From Spirochaetales bacterium (GTDB lineage Bacteria; Spirochaetota; Spirochaetia; JABEVK01), in contig JBAXAI010000002.1 of assembly GCA_037142615.1 (NCBI GenBank), positions 96,001 to 160,000 on the forward strand: a DNA stretch of 64,000 bases, in the 5' to 3' direction. The position numbers were made by a program, and so were the translations under genes. Below the pieces are notes generated by a model that saw only the letters and a program-made list of their open reading frames with translations, was not told the DNA's origin and made no database searches. Position 1 is the first letter of the stretch, and each line of letters begins with the position of its first letter. Positions 8,669-18,195 of the stretch are shown here, one piece after another.

Positions 8669-11600
8669 CAGTCGCGTTCCCACTGACCCAAAGCCTCTTT
8701 CATCGTCGGGTAGTCGAGGTGAAGGCACAGGTTGATAAAGTTCATTCCCAGAAAATCCTCATCTTCGCGAAGCAGACTGGTTCGAAGCGAGCTCTTCATG
8801 CCCCGGTCTGCCAAGGTCTTGACCATGATCCCGAAGAAGGTCTGGTTGGTTTCCACCAACGTGTACTGCGGAAGCTTGCGAACCTGAAACATCACTTCCC
8901 GCCGTGAGGCATGGGTTTCGACGAAGGCTCCCACCCGCTCTCGGATCGAAGGCAACTCGACGACGGCCGATAGGAGCTCACGCGTCTGGTCATCGCTCAG
9001 CAGATCGTAGGACTCCCCTGACCTGAGCTTTTCGAGCAACTGCTCGGTCGTCTTTCCCTTGTTGAAGATTTCGCTGGTCCGTATGAACACCCCCTGGAAG
9101 GTCCTCACCTGAAGGTCCTTGGGAATGATGCTGTTGGCCAAGAGCAGGGCCTCACGGCTCCTTCCTTCTTTGCCGGCTTGTTCTTCCTTGATCAGTGCCT
9201 TGCGGAGGAACGAGGTCTCGCCCGAAAGTTTGAGTCTGGTGTCTTCGAGGCACTTTGTCACCTCGGTCTTGAAACCCGAGATGCGGCCATCCATCCCTTT
9301 GAGCCAAGATTCCCACTCGGCAACCTGTTGCTTCAACCGATTGGCGGAAGCCACGTTTCCAATCGCCAACCTCAGTTCGAGAGCTTCGTACTGGGCGCGG
9401 TAGCGTTCGGTCAGGAACTCCGAGATTTTGGACTTCAGCTTCACGTAGCGGGTTCGAACTCCCGAGCGCAAAAGCAGAAAGATTCCCCAGACGATGGCGG
9501 CCATGCCGATCCCCGCTGCCAGCAGGTTGAGGACTGGGGAAGGGACTCCTGTGGTCTGCGCCATTTTCGTGAGCCAGCTCGAAATAAACTGAGCGGCGTG
9601 GAGCCCATCGCCAAGTTCCGGCGACACCAGCAGAAAGGTCGACAGGGCCGCACCGATGACCGTGAAGATCATGAAGCGGGATTTGGGAAGCCTCTCGATC
9701 GCTTCCACGAAACCTTCTGCCTGAGTTACCGTCTCGCGCTGCAGCCTGCTCGAAAGCGGTGTGCGTTCGGCTTCGGTGCCCGGGGCCAAGGCGTCTGCCC
9801 GAAGTTTGGGCGTGAAGTGCGAACCCAGGATTTGACCCAATTCCTGCAACATGTACGGTACCAGACGCCAGTTGGCGAACGGCTGTGAGTGGACTTCTTT
9901 GCTGGTCAGGTCCGGCTGAAGCTGCTCTTGGATCGCCCTCTCGAGGATTTGAGACAAGCGCTTCTGCTTGTCCTGATTGCGAAGGATAAGGCTGGGGTTG
10001 AGCCGGGAATCGTGGACCTCTTTCATCGCCTCGACGCCTTCATCGACCACCCGCAGAGTATGGCGGGTCGTCTCAAAATTGAACTCCTTCAGACTCCTGA
10101 AGAAGCGCACAGGTCGGAGCGGACCGGCCATTTCCCGGAAACTCAACACCGTCTTGTCCGGGAACCTCGACTTGACAGGTCTGCCATCGCGGGCCGTCAA
10201 GGGGACTTCGGGCGCTTTGCAGTCCTCGAGCAGAAGGATCGGCTCGACGCCCAGTGAGTCGTTGGAAAGTCGATCGGCAAGGTTCACGTGAAGCACATGG
10301 CCAAAGGCGCTGTAAATGTGGTCGATCAGCAGGGTGGAGGGCACTTCGGCACTGGAGCCGGAGTTGTCCTTCAGGAGTTCCCTGTCGAGCTCGGCGAGCT
10401 GGAACTTGTCCAAGGCTTCCCGTGCGATCAGGTTGGCTCGGCCCACGCCGCTGGGCTCCACCGCGATCTTGTCTTTGACCAGTTCGCCGGGTGGGTCGGC
10501 AAGGTACTCGAGTGCCTTGGAGGCCTGGTCGAGTTCCACGTAACGCTTCAGGTCAAGCAGTTGGGCTTCCAGCGAAAAGATCCCCGCGCACGCGTAAGAG
10601 GCGGTCGTCCGGTCAAGGTCGTCGAGCAGCCGGCCCAGGTACTCGGCGAAACTCGTACCTTTGGAAGGCTTGGCCGGGTCAACACACAGCCGCTCGATTG
10701 CCCGGTTGTCGGTGGCAAAATGGACGTTGTCGCGTTGAAAGACCAAGCGAAAGAGGCTGCGCAGGTTCGCGTCATCGCGGCCGTCGCCAGACTCGAGGGT
10801 TACGGCCAAGAGTCGCATCAGCGATCGGGCCGCGTGCATCACATCTTCGGGTTCAAGCGTGCTGCCACGGTTACTTTCTTTGTCGACCAGGAAAACTCTG
10901 GTCAGACGCGACTCGAAGGCGATCACCTTGCGATGGGCCTGTGCGTCGTCCTGTTTTCGCCGTTTGTCGCCATCGTTTCGTCTGCTGTAGGCGTCGAAGC
11001 GCTCCCAAAGATACTTCAGGCCCCAGCGGCGGCGAAGGCAATGTTTGAGGTAGGTCGGAATACTGAACAGCGTGGAGCGGTCTTCCCCGACAATGCTGAC
11101 CACGACGACACTGAAGTCCCACTTTTCCAGATAGTCCACCACCCACAGCAGCCTCTGATTGAGCTCCGACGTGTTTTCGAGCAGGATGACGGCATTCAGT
11201 TCCGTTTGGTCGATGGCCCGGTCCAGATCCTGCTCTGACCTGGCACCGGTGATCCAGCCTCGGGCTTCTTCGAGCACAAGCTTGTCGCACCGACGCGCGT
11301 AGACCTCGGAAAACGGCGACTCGGACGCGGCAGTAAGCTCAGGACTCTCTTTCAGCGCGTCACAAATCTGCAACGCCGTCGACTTATCAAACCGGAAGCC
11401 GACGTCGGCTACCTTGGCCCTGTCCTCCAGCTTCAGTACTGCCTGCAATATGGCGTCGTTGCCCTCATAAGCGGCAAGATCCCGCAGCGTTTGCGGTGAC
11501 ACATCATCGAAGGCCTTCTGGGTCAAGGCACCGACCCAAGACGACTCGGGAAGCAGCGCCCAAAGAGCCTCAAACGTGGCAAGGCTCCCTTGTTTGCAGG

Positions 11601-12120
11601 ACCAGTGCAGAGCGCAAAACCCATCGTGATCGGGCCTCAGGACCAGCTCGGCGAGAGCGCTGAGCGCGGGCTCGGCCAAGGCCTTGAGGTTGGCCTTGAG
11701 CCACGTTGGCAACCACGGACTGCCGCAGGCTGCTGCCCAATGCAGGAGGCTCCAGCCTTCACTGTCGTCGAGCTCGAAACGAGGCCCCGACCCGAGGTAG
11801 TCCGAGAGGGCTTGCCAGTCCAGGCCCGCTTTGTTCTTTCTCGGGAAGGTCCTGTCGAGCAGTTCGTTGGCGCCAGCTTGGTCAGTACACCTCAAAAGCA
11901 GTGCTTGCGCCGAAGGCGGCACTTGCTGGCCGGGGTGCCCTTCACGGGGTTCCTGCGGTTGCTCGTCCAGTTGACAACGTCGCTGGACCTGATACGGGAC
12001 ACGCGAGGGGTCCGGGTCAAAAAGGTGAGGCGAGCCTTCCAGGGTGTCAGCTGCCTTCGCCCCAAGACTGACGACAAGAGTTTTGTACCGGACCACAAGA
12101 TTTGTCTGGCGCTCTGTCAC
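8668..12120 (-). CDS. Ankyrin-repeat-containing degenerate tubulin-like protein with coiled coil and two C-proximal TM helices
   Basis: GTG start with AGGAG upstream. Ankyrin motifs DSEGWSLLHWAAACGS, DHDGFCALHWSCKQGS and QTLRDLAAYEGNDAIL. Segments resemble the neighbouring tubulin-like protein. TMs FMIFTVIGAALSTFLLV and LLAAGIGMAAIVWGIFLLL. Confidence 0.7.
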   Translation of the reverse strand: MTERQTNLVVRYKTLVVSLGAKAADTLEGSPHLFDPDPSRVPYQVQRRCQLDEQPQEPREGHPGQQVPPSAQALLLRCTDQAGANELLDRTFPRKNKAGLDWQALSDYLGSGPRFELDDSEGWSLLHWAAACGSPWLPTWLKANLKALAEPALSALAELVLRPDHDGFCALHWSCKQGSLATFEALWALLPESSWVGALTQKAFDDVSPQTLRDLAAYEGNDAILQAVLKLEDRAKVADVGFRFDKSTALQICDALKESPELTAASESPFSEVYARRCDKLVLEEARGWITGARSEQDLDRAIDQTELNAVILLENTSELNQRLLWVVDYLEKWDFSVVVVSIVGEDRSTLFSIPTYLKHCLRRRWGLKYLWERFDAYSRRNDGDKRRKQDDAQAHRKVIAFESRLTRVFLVDKESNRGSTLEPEDVMHAARSLMRLLAVTLESGDGRDDANLRSLFRLVFQRDNVHFATDNRAIERLCVDPAKPSKGTSFAEYLGRLLDDLDRTTASYACAGIFSLEAQLLDLKRYVELDQASKALEYLADPPGELVKDKIAVEPSGVGRANLIAREALDKFQLAELDRELLKDNSGSSAEVPSTLLIDHIYSAFGHVLHVNLADRLSNDSLGVEPILLLEDCKAPEVPLTARDGRPVKSRFPDKTVLSFREMAGPLRPVRFFRSLKEFNFETTRHTLRVVDEGVEAMKEVHDSRLNPSLILRNQDKQKRLSQILERAIQEQLQPDLTSKEVHSQPFANWRLVPYMLQELGQILGSHFTPKLRADALAPGTEAERTPLSSRLQRETVTQAEGFVEAIERLPKSRFMIFTVIGAALSTFLLVSPELGDGLHAAQFISSWLTKMAQTTGVPSPVLNLLAAGIGMAAIVWGIFLLLRSGVRTRYVKLKSKISEFLTERYRAQYEALELRLAIGNVASANRLKQQVAEWESWLKGMDGRISGFKTEVTKCLEDTRLKLSGETSFLRKALIKEEQAGKEGRSREALLLANSIIPKDLQVRTFQGVFIRTSEIFNKGKTTEQLLEKLRSGESYDLLSDDQTRELLSAVVELPSIRERVGAFVETHASRREVMFQVRKLPQYTLVETNQTFFGIMVKTLADRGMKSSLRTSLLREDEDFLGMNFINLCLHLDYPTMKEALGQWERD

Positions 12121-12138
12121 GCGGTTCTAGCTCCTAGT

Positions 12139-15100
12139 TCAACTGACGACCGGCCAAAAGAACTCCTCGAAGGGAGCGCAAGCGGCACGCAGGCCCTCTG
12201 CCCAGGCCGCCTCGTCGTCGCAGCGTTTGGCAAAGGCAAGCGTGCTGTTATACAACTGCTCCACAAACACACTCGTCTTGTTCTTCCGTGTCGAAGCCTT
12301 GTTCAGGTAGGTGGCCAGAACGCTCAGGTAACCGGTTAGTTCCTTCTGCCACGCCACCTCGCGCAATTGAACGTTTTCGACCAAGCGGAGCTCCAGCCGT
12401 TTTTGGCATACGGCCCCGTCAGCCAAGCCGAAGTTCACGCGGAAGAGCTTGAACACCGAGAGCAAGTTGACTGGATCCTTGTCTTCCAGCTTGAGCGGCG
12501 TCGATGCGAACCGTTTGGAGTAGGTGCTCAGGTCGTCTTCCAGGCTGTCGGGTTTCCAATCGCCCGACATCCAGGCAGAGGATTTGTGGGTACCCTTTTC
12601 TTCGGTCACGTGCAACAGCGGCGAGGTCGAGTCGTCCTTGGAATCCCGTTCGCGTCCCAAGGCCAGCCAAACGAGGAAAAAGGCCTTGATCTGCTGGTTG
12701 AAGTACGCGTCCAGGTCTTCGAGCTCGCGGCTCCAATCCTGATGGATGTGCGTGGTGATGGCCGAATCGCGCAGCTCCTGGTAGTAGGCGGCCTTCATTG
12801 AACCATTGCCGGTAAACAGGTTTTCGACCTTGCCCAGGTCGAACGCCAGGTACGACTGGTAGAACAGCACCCGGTTGTCGAACGACTCTTCGAGTTTGTC
12901 GGTTTCGGTTTCGGGGAAGATTCCCGGTGCCGACTTCAGGTACTCCTGCAACACTTTGCCGAGTTCCTGCTGCACCTTGGACGTGCAGGCGTAGCTCTGG
13001 ATCTTGTTGACCCGGTTGTCGCCCTTGCTGATCCGAATAAACGGCGCTGACAAACCGAACGCGGCCTTGGCCTTGTCCTTTTTGTATTCCTCAATGTCGC
13101 GTTCGGTGCTTTCCGGATGAAGCATCTTGGCCTCTTCTTCCAAGGCGGCCCCGATCGACAGGTCCAGCGAGTGGTGCTTTTCGATTTTTTGGAACACGGC
13201 CTCGACCATGCCCTCGCGCACTTCACCGACGACCTTTTTGGAGGCTCGGTTTGACTCGTCTTTCATGCGTTTGAGCACATCGCCGGAATCCAAGGCCTGC
13301 TTTTCGAAATCCTCCAGCTTTTCGGTCAGGGAGTTCCAGTTCTTCATGACCCCATCGGTCAGCGAATTGTAGAACTCGGCCAACACCTGGTTCGAGTCCA
13401 TCTTGAAGATCTGCTGCATGAACTTCTGGATGGCCTCCTCGCTCGCCAAGACCGTGATCTTGGAGTTGTCGGGGTAGATTTTGTCTTCGAACTTGCCCGA
13501 GTGTTTGACGGCTTCGAGACCCGCCGCGACCTGACGTTTGAGGTCGCTCATCTTGTCGAACAGGCCATGGATGCAGTTGAGCAAACCCTGAGGCTTTTCC
13601 GGATCGATGCGGTCCAGAAACTGGCCGACGAAGGTCTCGAGAATCGCGAAGAAATGGAGTCCCTGCGACCAGCCGTTGTTCTTGACAACGAGACTGCCGT
13701 CGGCTTGTCTGGTGGTCTCGAACCGGGTGTAGCTCGAAAGCCTGTAGTTCGAAAAGGCGGCATCGCCGGGCAACAAGAGGAACTGCTGGAACAGTTCTTT
13801 CATCTGGTTGAGGTTGGTTTTTTTGGAAAGTGCCAGCACCGGCTGCTCGATGAGCGAGTTAAGGCTTTCAAAGCGTTTCTGAACCTTCCCGAGTTCCTCT
13901 TCGAAGGAGTTCAGTCCCCTGGAGGAGTCTTCCTTTTTCCCTGCGCCGGAACCTCCGGTGACGGAGTTCGCCAACAAGACCCTGTAAATGCTCAGGGTTT
14001 TGTAAAGCGTCGAAAGCAGGTACCGGATTTCAAACAGATTGCGTTTGCTGCCGTCGCCGCCGGGAGCCTTGAGCAGGTTTCCCAAACGGTAGGCTTGCCC
14101 CTGAACCCCCGAGTCCTGAAACACGTCTTCGACGATGCCACGAAGGTTCTCTTTCTGGAAGCGCTCGGCACGTTTGCGAAGTCGCTTCATGTCGGAAAGC
14201 ACTGCGTAGACGCCGCTTTTGGTTCCCATCTGGGCTTCGATCGCCTGCGACCTCAGGGTTCCGTCCTTTTCAATAAACTGAGATTGGGAAAGGACTTGTT
14301 CCACATACTCCTTTTGAATCCGCTTCACGACCTCCGTCCAGTAGCTGTCGTAAGTGGTCGGATTGTTCGGGGTGTCGGGGCTACCGTCGATGGCGATTCG
14401 GATTCCCACAAAAGGCACGGGGAATTGATTGGCCAAGGCCTGGACCTGAGTGAGGAAGGCTTCTTCGCGGCGAGGTTTCGATACCGGTTTGCCTTCCGCT
14501 TTTTCGCGTTCATACTGGGCGTTCGCGACCAGATAACCGGCGTCGGCCTTGAGCCAGTAGCCTTCTTCGCCAAAGGTTTTGTTGAGGTACTCGTACGACA
14601 GGCGCCAGGCGATGTCCTTGCGCGGGAAGATCAGGGCTGAGAACCCGAAGGAACTGTAGCGCCGGCTTTTCTCGCCACCTTTCACGGCTTTCAGCAAGCT
14701 GTTGATGAAATTGTCTTCCGCGCTGCCGGCCTTGTCGGCGATCGGCGAAAAAACCTGCATGTAGAGGCAGTGCGCAATTTCGCGGTAGTAGTGCTCGTAG
14801 CCCGGCCCGGGAGTTTCAAACGGGATGCCGGAGTCCCGGGTCTTGTCGAACAGCACACACCAGTCAAAGGGACGTTCCGACAGGTAGCGCTCGGCGTTCT
14901 CGACGATGTTCGCCTGAAAGTCGGGTTGCGCGAGGTAGTTGAACGGCGGAATGTAGTCGACATACTCGCGCGACGAATCGGCGTAACCGATCGCTGCTTC
15001 GAGTTCCTTGAGGCTGGCGTAACCGTTGGCCCGCAGCCGGTTGTAAAGCGAAGGCTCTTGCCCGCCCTGACAGAACACTTCGGGCATCATCAGTACGGCC

Positions 15101-15663
15101 CGCATATCGACCTTTCGGCCCTTAAGGAGTTCGCGCACCTGATAGCCGATCATGTTGAACAGCGCGCTGCCGGTGCCACCGGCGGTCGAGGCGATGACGT
15201 AGATGCGCAACATGTTGTCGGAGGTGTCCACGTTGGCGGTGATGCCCTGAACCTTGGTCAGAATCGCGTTGATTTTTTCCTTGAGGTTGTTGTTTTCCAT
15301 CTGGTAGTGGTAGCCCAACCGCGACGTGATGCGGATCTGGCCCGCACCTTTGTCGAGGGGTTTGGTGTTGAGCATCCCCGTGTCGGCCGGCCACCACGAG
15401 AAGAAGTCGGTGTCGTTGGCGTTGCGCTTGTCTTCGATGTAGCGCGCGACGTTGACGTTTTCGGAGGTTTTGATCTGGTTCTCGTCGGGGATTCCGCTGG
15501 CGCGCAATTCCTCGACGTCGGTGTCGAGGGCCGAAAAGATGAACTGGTGGTCGACCAGCGGGGTGTACTCCGGCGTGGCCAGGCAGAGTTCGCGGAGGAA
15601 CCGGATTGTCTTGCTTCCGCTGCCCCCGAGTCCGATGAAAATGGTGGGAAAGTACTTCTTCAT
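12139..15663 (-). CDS. Tubulin/FtsZ-like GTPase (Tubulin_2/FtsZl-type) with a long alpha-helical C-terminus, 1174 aa
   Basis: IFIGLGGSGSK, ALDTD, GAGQIR, ASTAGGTGSA (tubulin signature) and ANGYASLKEL motifs. RBS AGGAG 7 nt before the ATG. Confidence 0.9.
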   Translation of the reverse strand: MKKYFPTIFIGLGGSGSKTIRFLRELCLATPEYTPLVDHQFIFSALDTDVEELRASGIPDENQIKTSENVNVARYIEDKRNANDTDFFSWWPADTGMLNTKPLDKGAGQIRITSRLGYHYQMENNNLKEKINAILTKVQGITANVDTSDNMLRIYVIASTAGGTGSALFNMIGYQVRELLKGRKVDMRAVLMMPEVFCQGGQEPSLYNRLRANGYASLKELEAAIGYADSSREYVDYIPPFNYLAQPDFQANIVENAERYLSERPFDWCVLFDKTRDSGIPFETPGPGYEHYYREIAHCLYMQVFSPIADKAGSAEDNFINSLLKAVKGGEKSRRYSSFGFSALIFPRKDIAWRLSYEYLNKTFGEEGYWLKADAGYLVANAQYEREKAEGKPVSKPRREEAFLTQVQALANQFPVPFVGIRIAIDGSPDTPNNPTTYDSYWTEVVKRIQKEYVEQVLSQSQFIEKDGTLRSQAIEAQMGTKSGVYAVLSDMKRLRKRAERFQKENLRGIVEDVFQDSGVQGQAYRLGNLLKAPGGDGSKRNLFEIRYLLSTLYKTLSIYRVLLANSVTGGSGAGKKEDSSRGLNSFEEELGKVQKRFESLNSLIEQPVLALSKKTNLNQMKELFQQFLLLPGDAAFSNYRLSSYTRFETTRQADGSLVVKNNGWSQGLHFFAILETFVGQFLDRIDPEKPQGLLNCIHGLFDKMSDLKRQVAAGLEAVKHSGKFEDKIYPDNSKITVLASEEAIQKFMQQIFKMDSNQVLAEFYNSLTDGVMKNWNSLTEKLEDFEKQALDSGDVLKRMKDESNRASKKVVGEVREGMVEAVFQKIEKHHSLDLSIGAALEEEAKMLHPESTERDIEEYKKDKAKAAFGLSAPFIRISKGDNRVNKIQSYACTSKVQQELGKVLQEYLKSAPGIFPETETDKLEESFDNRVLFYQSYLAFDLGKVENLFTGNGSMKAAYYQELRDSAITTHIHQDWSRELEDLDAYFNQQIKAFFLVWLALGRERDSKDDSTSPLLHVTEEKGTHKSSAWMSGDWKPDSLEDDLSTYSKRFASTPLKLEDKDPVNLLSVFKLFRVNFGLADGAVCQKRLELRLVENVQLREVAWQKELTGYLSVLATYLNKASTRKNKTSVFVEQLYNSTLAFAKRCDDEAAWAEGLRAACAPFEEFFWPVVS

Positions 15664-15672
15664 GGTCTTCTC

Positions 15673-18072
15673 CTAATACGGCGCCCTGGCCGAGTCTTGT
15701 GTGGAATCGTAGTCGTAGTTGTCTTGGAAGGCCTTGGCACCCGGGCTCCCCCGGTACGCCAAGCCGTACTCGAAGGATTGTTGCATGTCGGAGAACTGGT
15801 CGGTCCGGTAGCTGCTGCGGGGCGGCAAGGCCAGGGAGCGAACCATAGGTTTCGCGTTTCCTTCCGAGTTGTCCGGATGGTAGGTCCTCTGAATCGATCC
15901 GCGGTTCTCGATGTTCAAGCGGAACCTCCCCCGGTCGAACACGCTGAAGGCCGGGCTGAACCAACGGTTGGCCATGGCCACGCCGGAATCGATGGCCTGC
16001 GGGCGCAACAGCCTCAAGGAGGGGGGAAAGTGTTTGCCGGCAACGAGCTTGAAGAGAACCATGAGCGCCAGGAAGGCGCAGACTCCCTCGAAAACGACAA
16101 AAAGCAGCAGATTCAACAGGTCGGCGAACGATGGCCCCACCTCGACCTTGAGAGGCAGGTCGAACACCTTGTCGCCGTGCAGCAGGATCGGGACCGACAA
16201 ATCCCCACCGCTGGAGGCCTTTTGACCGACGCCCAGTCGTGAGGCTTGCAGTTGCAGTTGGTCGGTATCGGCGGTACCACCAACACTCAGATACTTGCCT
16301 GTGTGGCCGATGCCGCTCAGTTCTTCCAGTTTCGGGGTGAAGCGCAACCTCCCCGTGTCGAGCGTGCTGTCGGCCGTGGGCTTGAACACGACGTTTCTGG
16401 CGGTGCCGGTACCCATGCGAAGCGGTGGCGGCGTGCCGACCAGTTCGGCCTTGTTGGTCTCAGAAAAACTGAAGGTGTAGATTTCGCTGCGGATCTGGGT
16501 GACCTTGTTCTGGAACCGTACGAAGAACTGGTAGCTCCCCGGCGAGTCAAAGACCCCGCTGCCATGGTAGACCAAGGCGCCTTCCTCGGTCGGGGTGAGC
16601 GGATAGGTCACTTCGGGTCGCCCTGCCAGGCCCACCACCAGGTCGAAGGCGGCTTCCTTGGTGTAGAAGTCGGGGTTGGCGTACGTGCTCCCATCGGAGA
16701 TGTTGACCAGCCGTACCTTGTCGACGGTGATGTTTCGCTTTTTGAAGTCGAAGTTGAAGCGCGCGTTGATGGCAAGGTCGAGCACTTGCATGAACGACAC
16801 CTGATCGGGATTGCGGTTGACGCGTAGCGACCACTTGCCGGTGCCATAGCGATCGGGACGGCCGACCTTGAACGCCCGGTAGCGCTGGTCGCCGCCCTGG
16901 TAGTTGCCTGGCTGCGCGAACTCGGCAGCCGTGAACTCCTGGCCGTCGGGCTTGACCAGGGTCAGGGTCAGGTTCTGGATGTCGTGGTCGTAAACAATGA
17001 AGTTGACCTCTTTGGCGACGGGCAAGAAGGGGTCGAAGACGAACGAACCGCTGGCGTCGTTGGCGTCCTGCGACTGGGGCACTTCGCGGGTGTCCCAAAT
17101 CTTGGCCAGAATCTGCTTGAACACCGCCGGCAACTCATCGGCCTTGGAAACCTGATACGGTTCTTCCCAGGTGATGCGCCGCATTTGCTCCAGGTCGGCC
17201 TTGTCGCCGAGCCCGATCGAAAAGGCCGAGATCTCCTTTTGATGCAGAACGTCGCGCAAGGTTTCGGGAATGGGCTTGTTCTTGGGGTCAGCTTCCATGT
17301 CTGAAAGCAGGATCAGGTATTTTCCGTAACTGCCATCGACCCCGTCGAGCAACTGGGCCGATGCGAGAACGCCCGCCGTGATGTCGGTACCACCGTTGTA
17401 CGGCGCCTCGAGGGCCTTCTTGACGAGCTCCTTGGTCTTGGCCTGGTTGGACTCAATCTTGGTCAGGGGGAGTACCTTCAGGACCTTGCCGTTGAAAAAA
17501 ACCGCACCGACCTGCTGGCCTTCGGACACCAGGTCGGTGAGCAAGTGCGAGGCCAGGATGGCCAACCTATCCGGGTCGTTGCCAATCGTCCAGGCCAGGT
17601 CGGTGTTGTTCGCTTTGCCATTGTCGGGGTTGGGACCCATCGAGCCAGAAACGTCGATGCACACGACGATGGCCTGCTTTTGCTTTTTCAGCGTCCCGTC
17701 GGATTCCACCTGATCGGGTGCGCTCTTGGAGGCTGCGGTTTGGAAAGGGTGGGTTGCCAAGGTTGACGTATTGGTGAGCTTGACGGGTACCTCAAGGGGA
17801 GCCGGGTCGACATCGTAGGATTTGATAAAATGATCGTACGAGCCGGGGCCGAACCAAAAGAGCAACCAGAGGAAGAGGGCAAGGGCAAGCAACCCCACCA
17901 GGCGGTAGCGCGACAACGCCAGATACTTGCCAAGAATAAGGTGGTCAAACAGCACCAGCACCAGCAACCCGGCGAGGGCGATCGGGACTCCGACCTGCCC
18001 TTCCAGTTGGGTGGACAACTTATTGAATGATTCTGTCAGGAAAGCGGTATCCAAGTCTCCTCCAGCCCCCAC
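15673..18072 (-). CDS. Membrane-anchored von Willebrand factor A (vWA) domain protein
   Basis: MIDAS DVSGS, GGTDI and ILLSD. Two N-terminal TMs and one C-proximal TM flank the vWA and beta-rich domains. The start may instead be TTG at 18054 (GGAGG just upstream). Confidence 0.85.
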   Translation of the reverse strand: MGAGGDLDTAFLTESFNKLSTQLEGQVGVPIALAGLLVLVLFDHLILGKYLALSRYRLVGLLALALFLWLLFWFGPGSYDHFIKSYDVDPAPLEVPVKLTNTSTLATHPFQTAASKSAPDQVESDGTLKKQKQAIVVCIDVSGSMGPNPDNGKANNTDLAWTIGNDPDRLAILASHLLTDLVSEGQQVGAVFFNGKVLKVLPLTKIESNQAKTKELVKKALEAPYNGGTDITAGVLASAQLLDGVDGSYGKYLILLSDMEADPKNKPIPETLRDVLHQKEISAFSIGLGDKADLEQMRRITWEEPYQVSKADELPAVFKQILAKIWDTREVPQSQDANDASGSFVFDPFLPVAKEVNFIVYDHDIQNLTLTLVKPDGQEFTAAEFAQPGNYQGGDQRYRAFKVGRPDRYGTGKWSLRVNRNPDQVSFMQVLDLAINARFNFDFKKRNITVDKVRLVNISDGSTYANPDFYTKEAAFDLVVGLAGRPEVTYPLTPTEEGALVYHGSGVFDSPGSYQFFVRFQNKVTQIRSEIYTFSFSETNKAELVGTPPPLRMGTGTARNVVFKPTADSTLDTGRLRFTPKLEELSGIGHTGKYLSVGGTADTDQLQLQASRLGVGQKASSGGDLSVPILLHGDKVFDLPLKVEVGPSFADLLNLLLFVVFEGVCAFLALMVLFKLVAGKHFPPSLRLLRPQAIDSGVAMANRWFSPAFSVFDRGRFRLNIENRGSIQRTYHPDNSEGNAKPMVRSLALPPRSSYRTDQFSDMQQSFEYGLAYRGSPGAKAFQDNYDYDSTQDSARAPY

Positions 18073-18195
18073 ACAAGGCTAGGTCATGCGCAGCGACAAT
18101 GCAAATGGATTGTTATTTTCCCTACGTTCTTCAACAAATGCCCTCAACTCATGCGCACCATGGAAATGGAAACAGCCATGAACTATAGTGGACCC

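Noticed and set aside
12139-15663. Calling this gene ftsZ or a true tubulin (btubA/B)
   Set aside because: It is 1174 aa, lacks the dcw context and the canonical FtsZ C-terminal features; its motifs fit the divergent Tubulin_2/FtsZ-like families.
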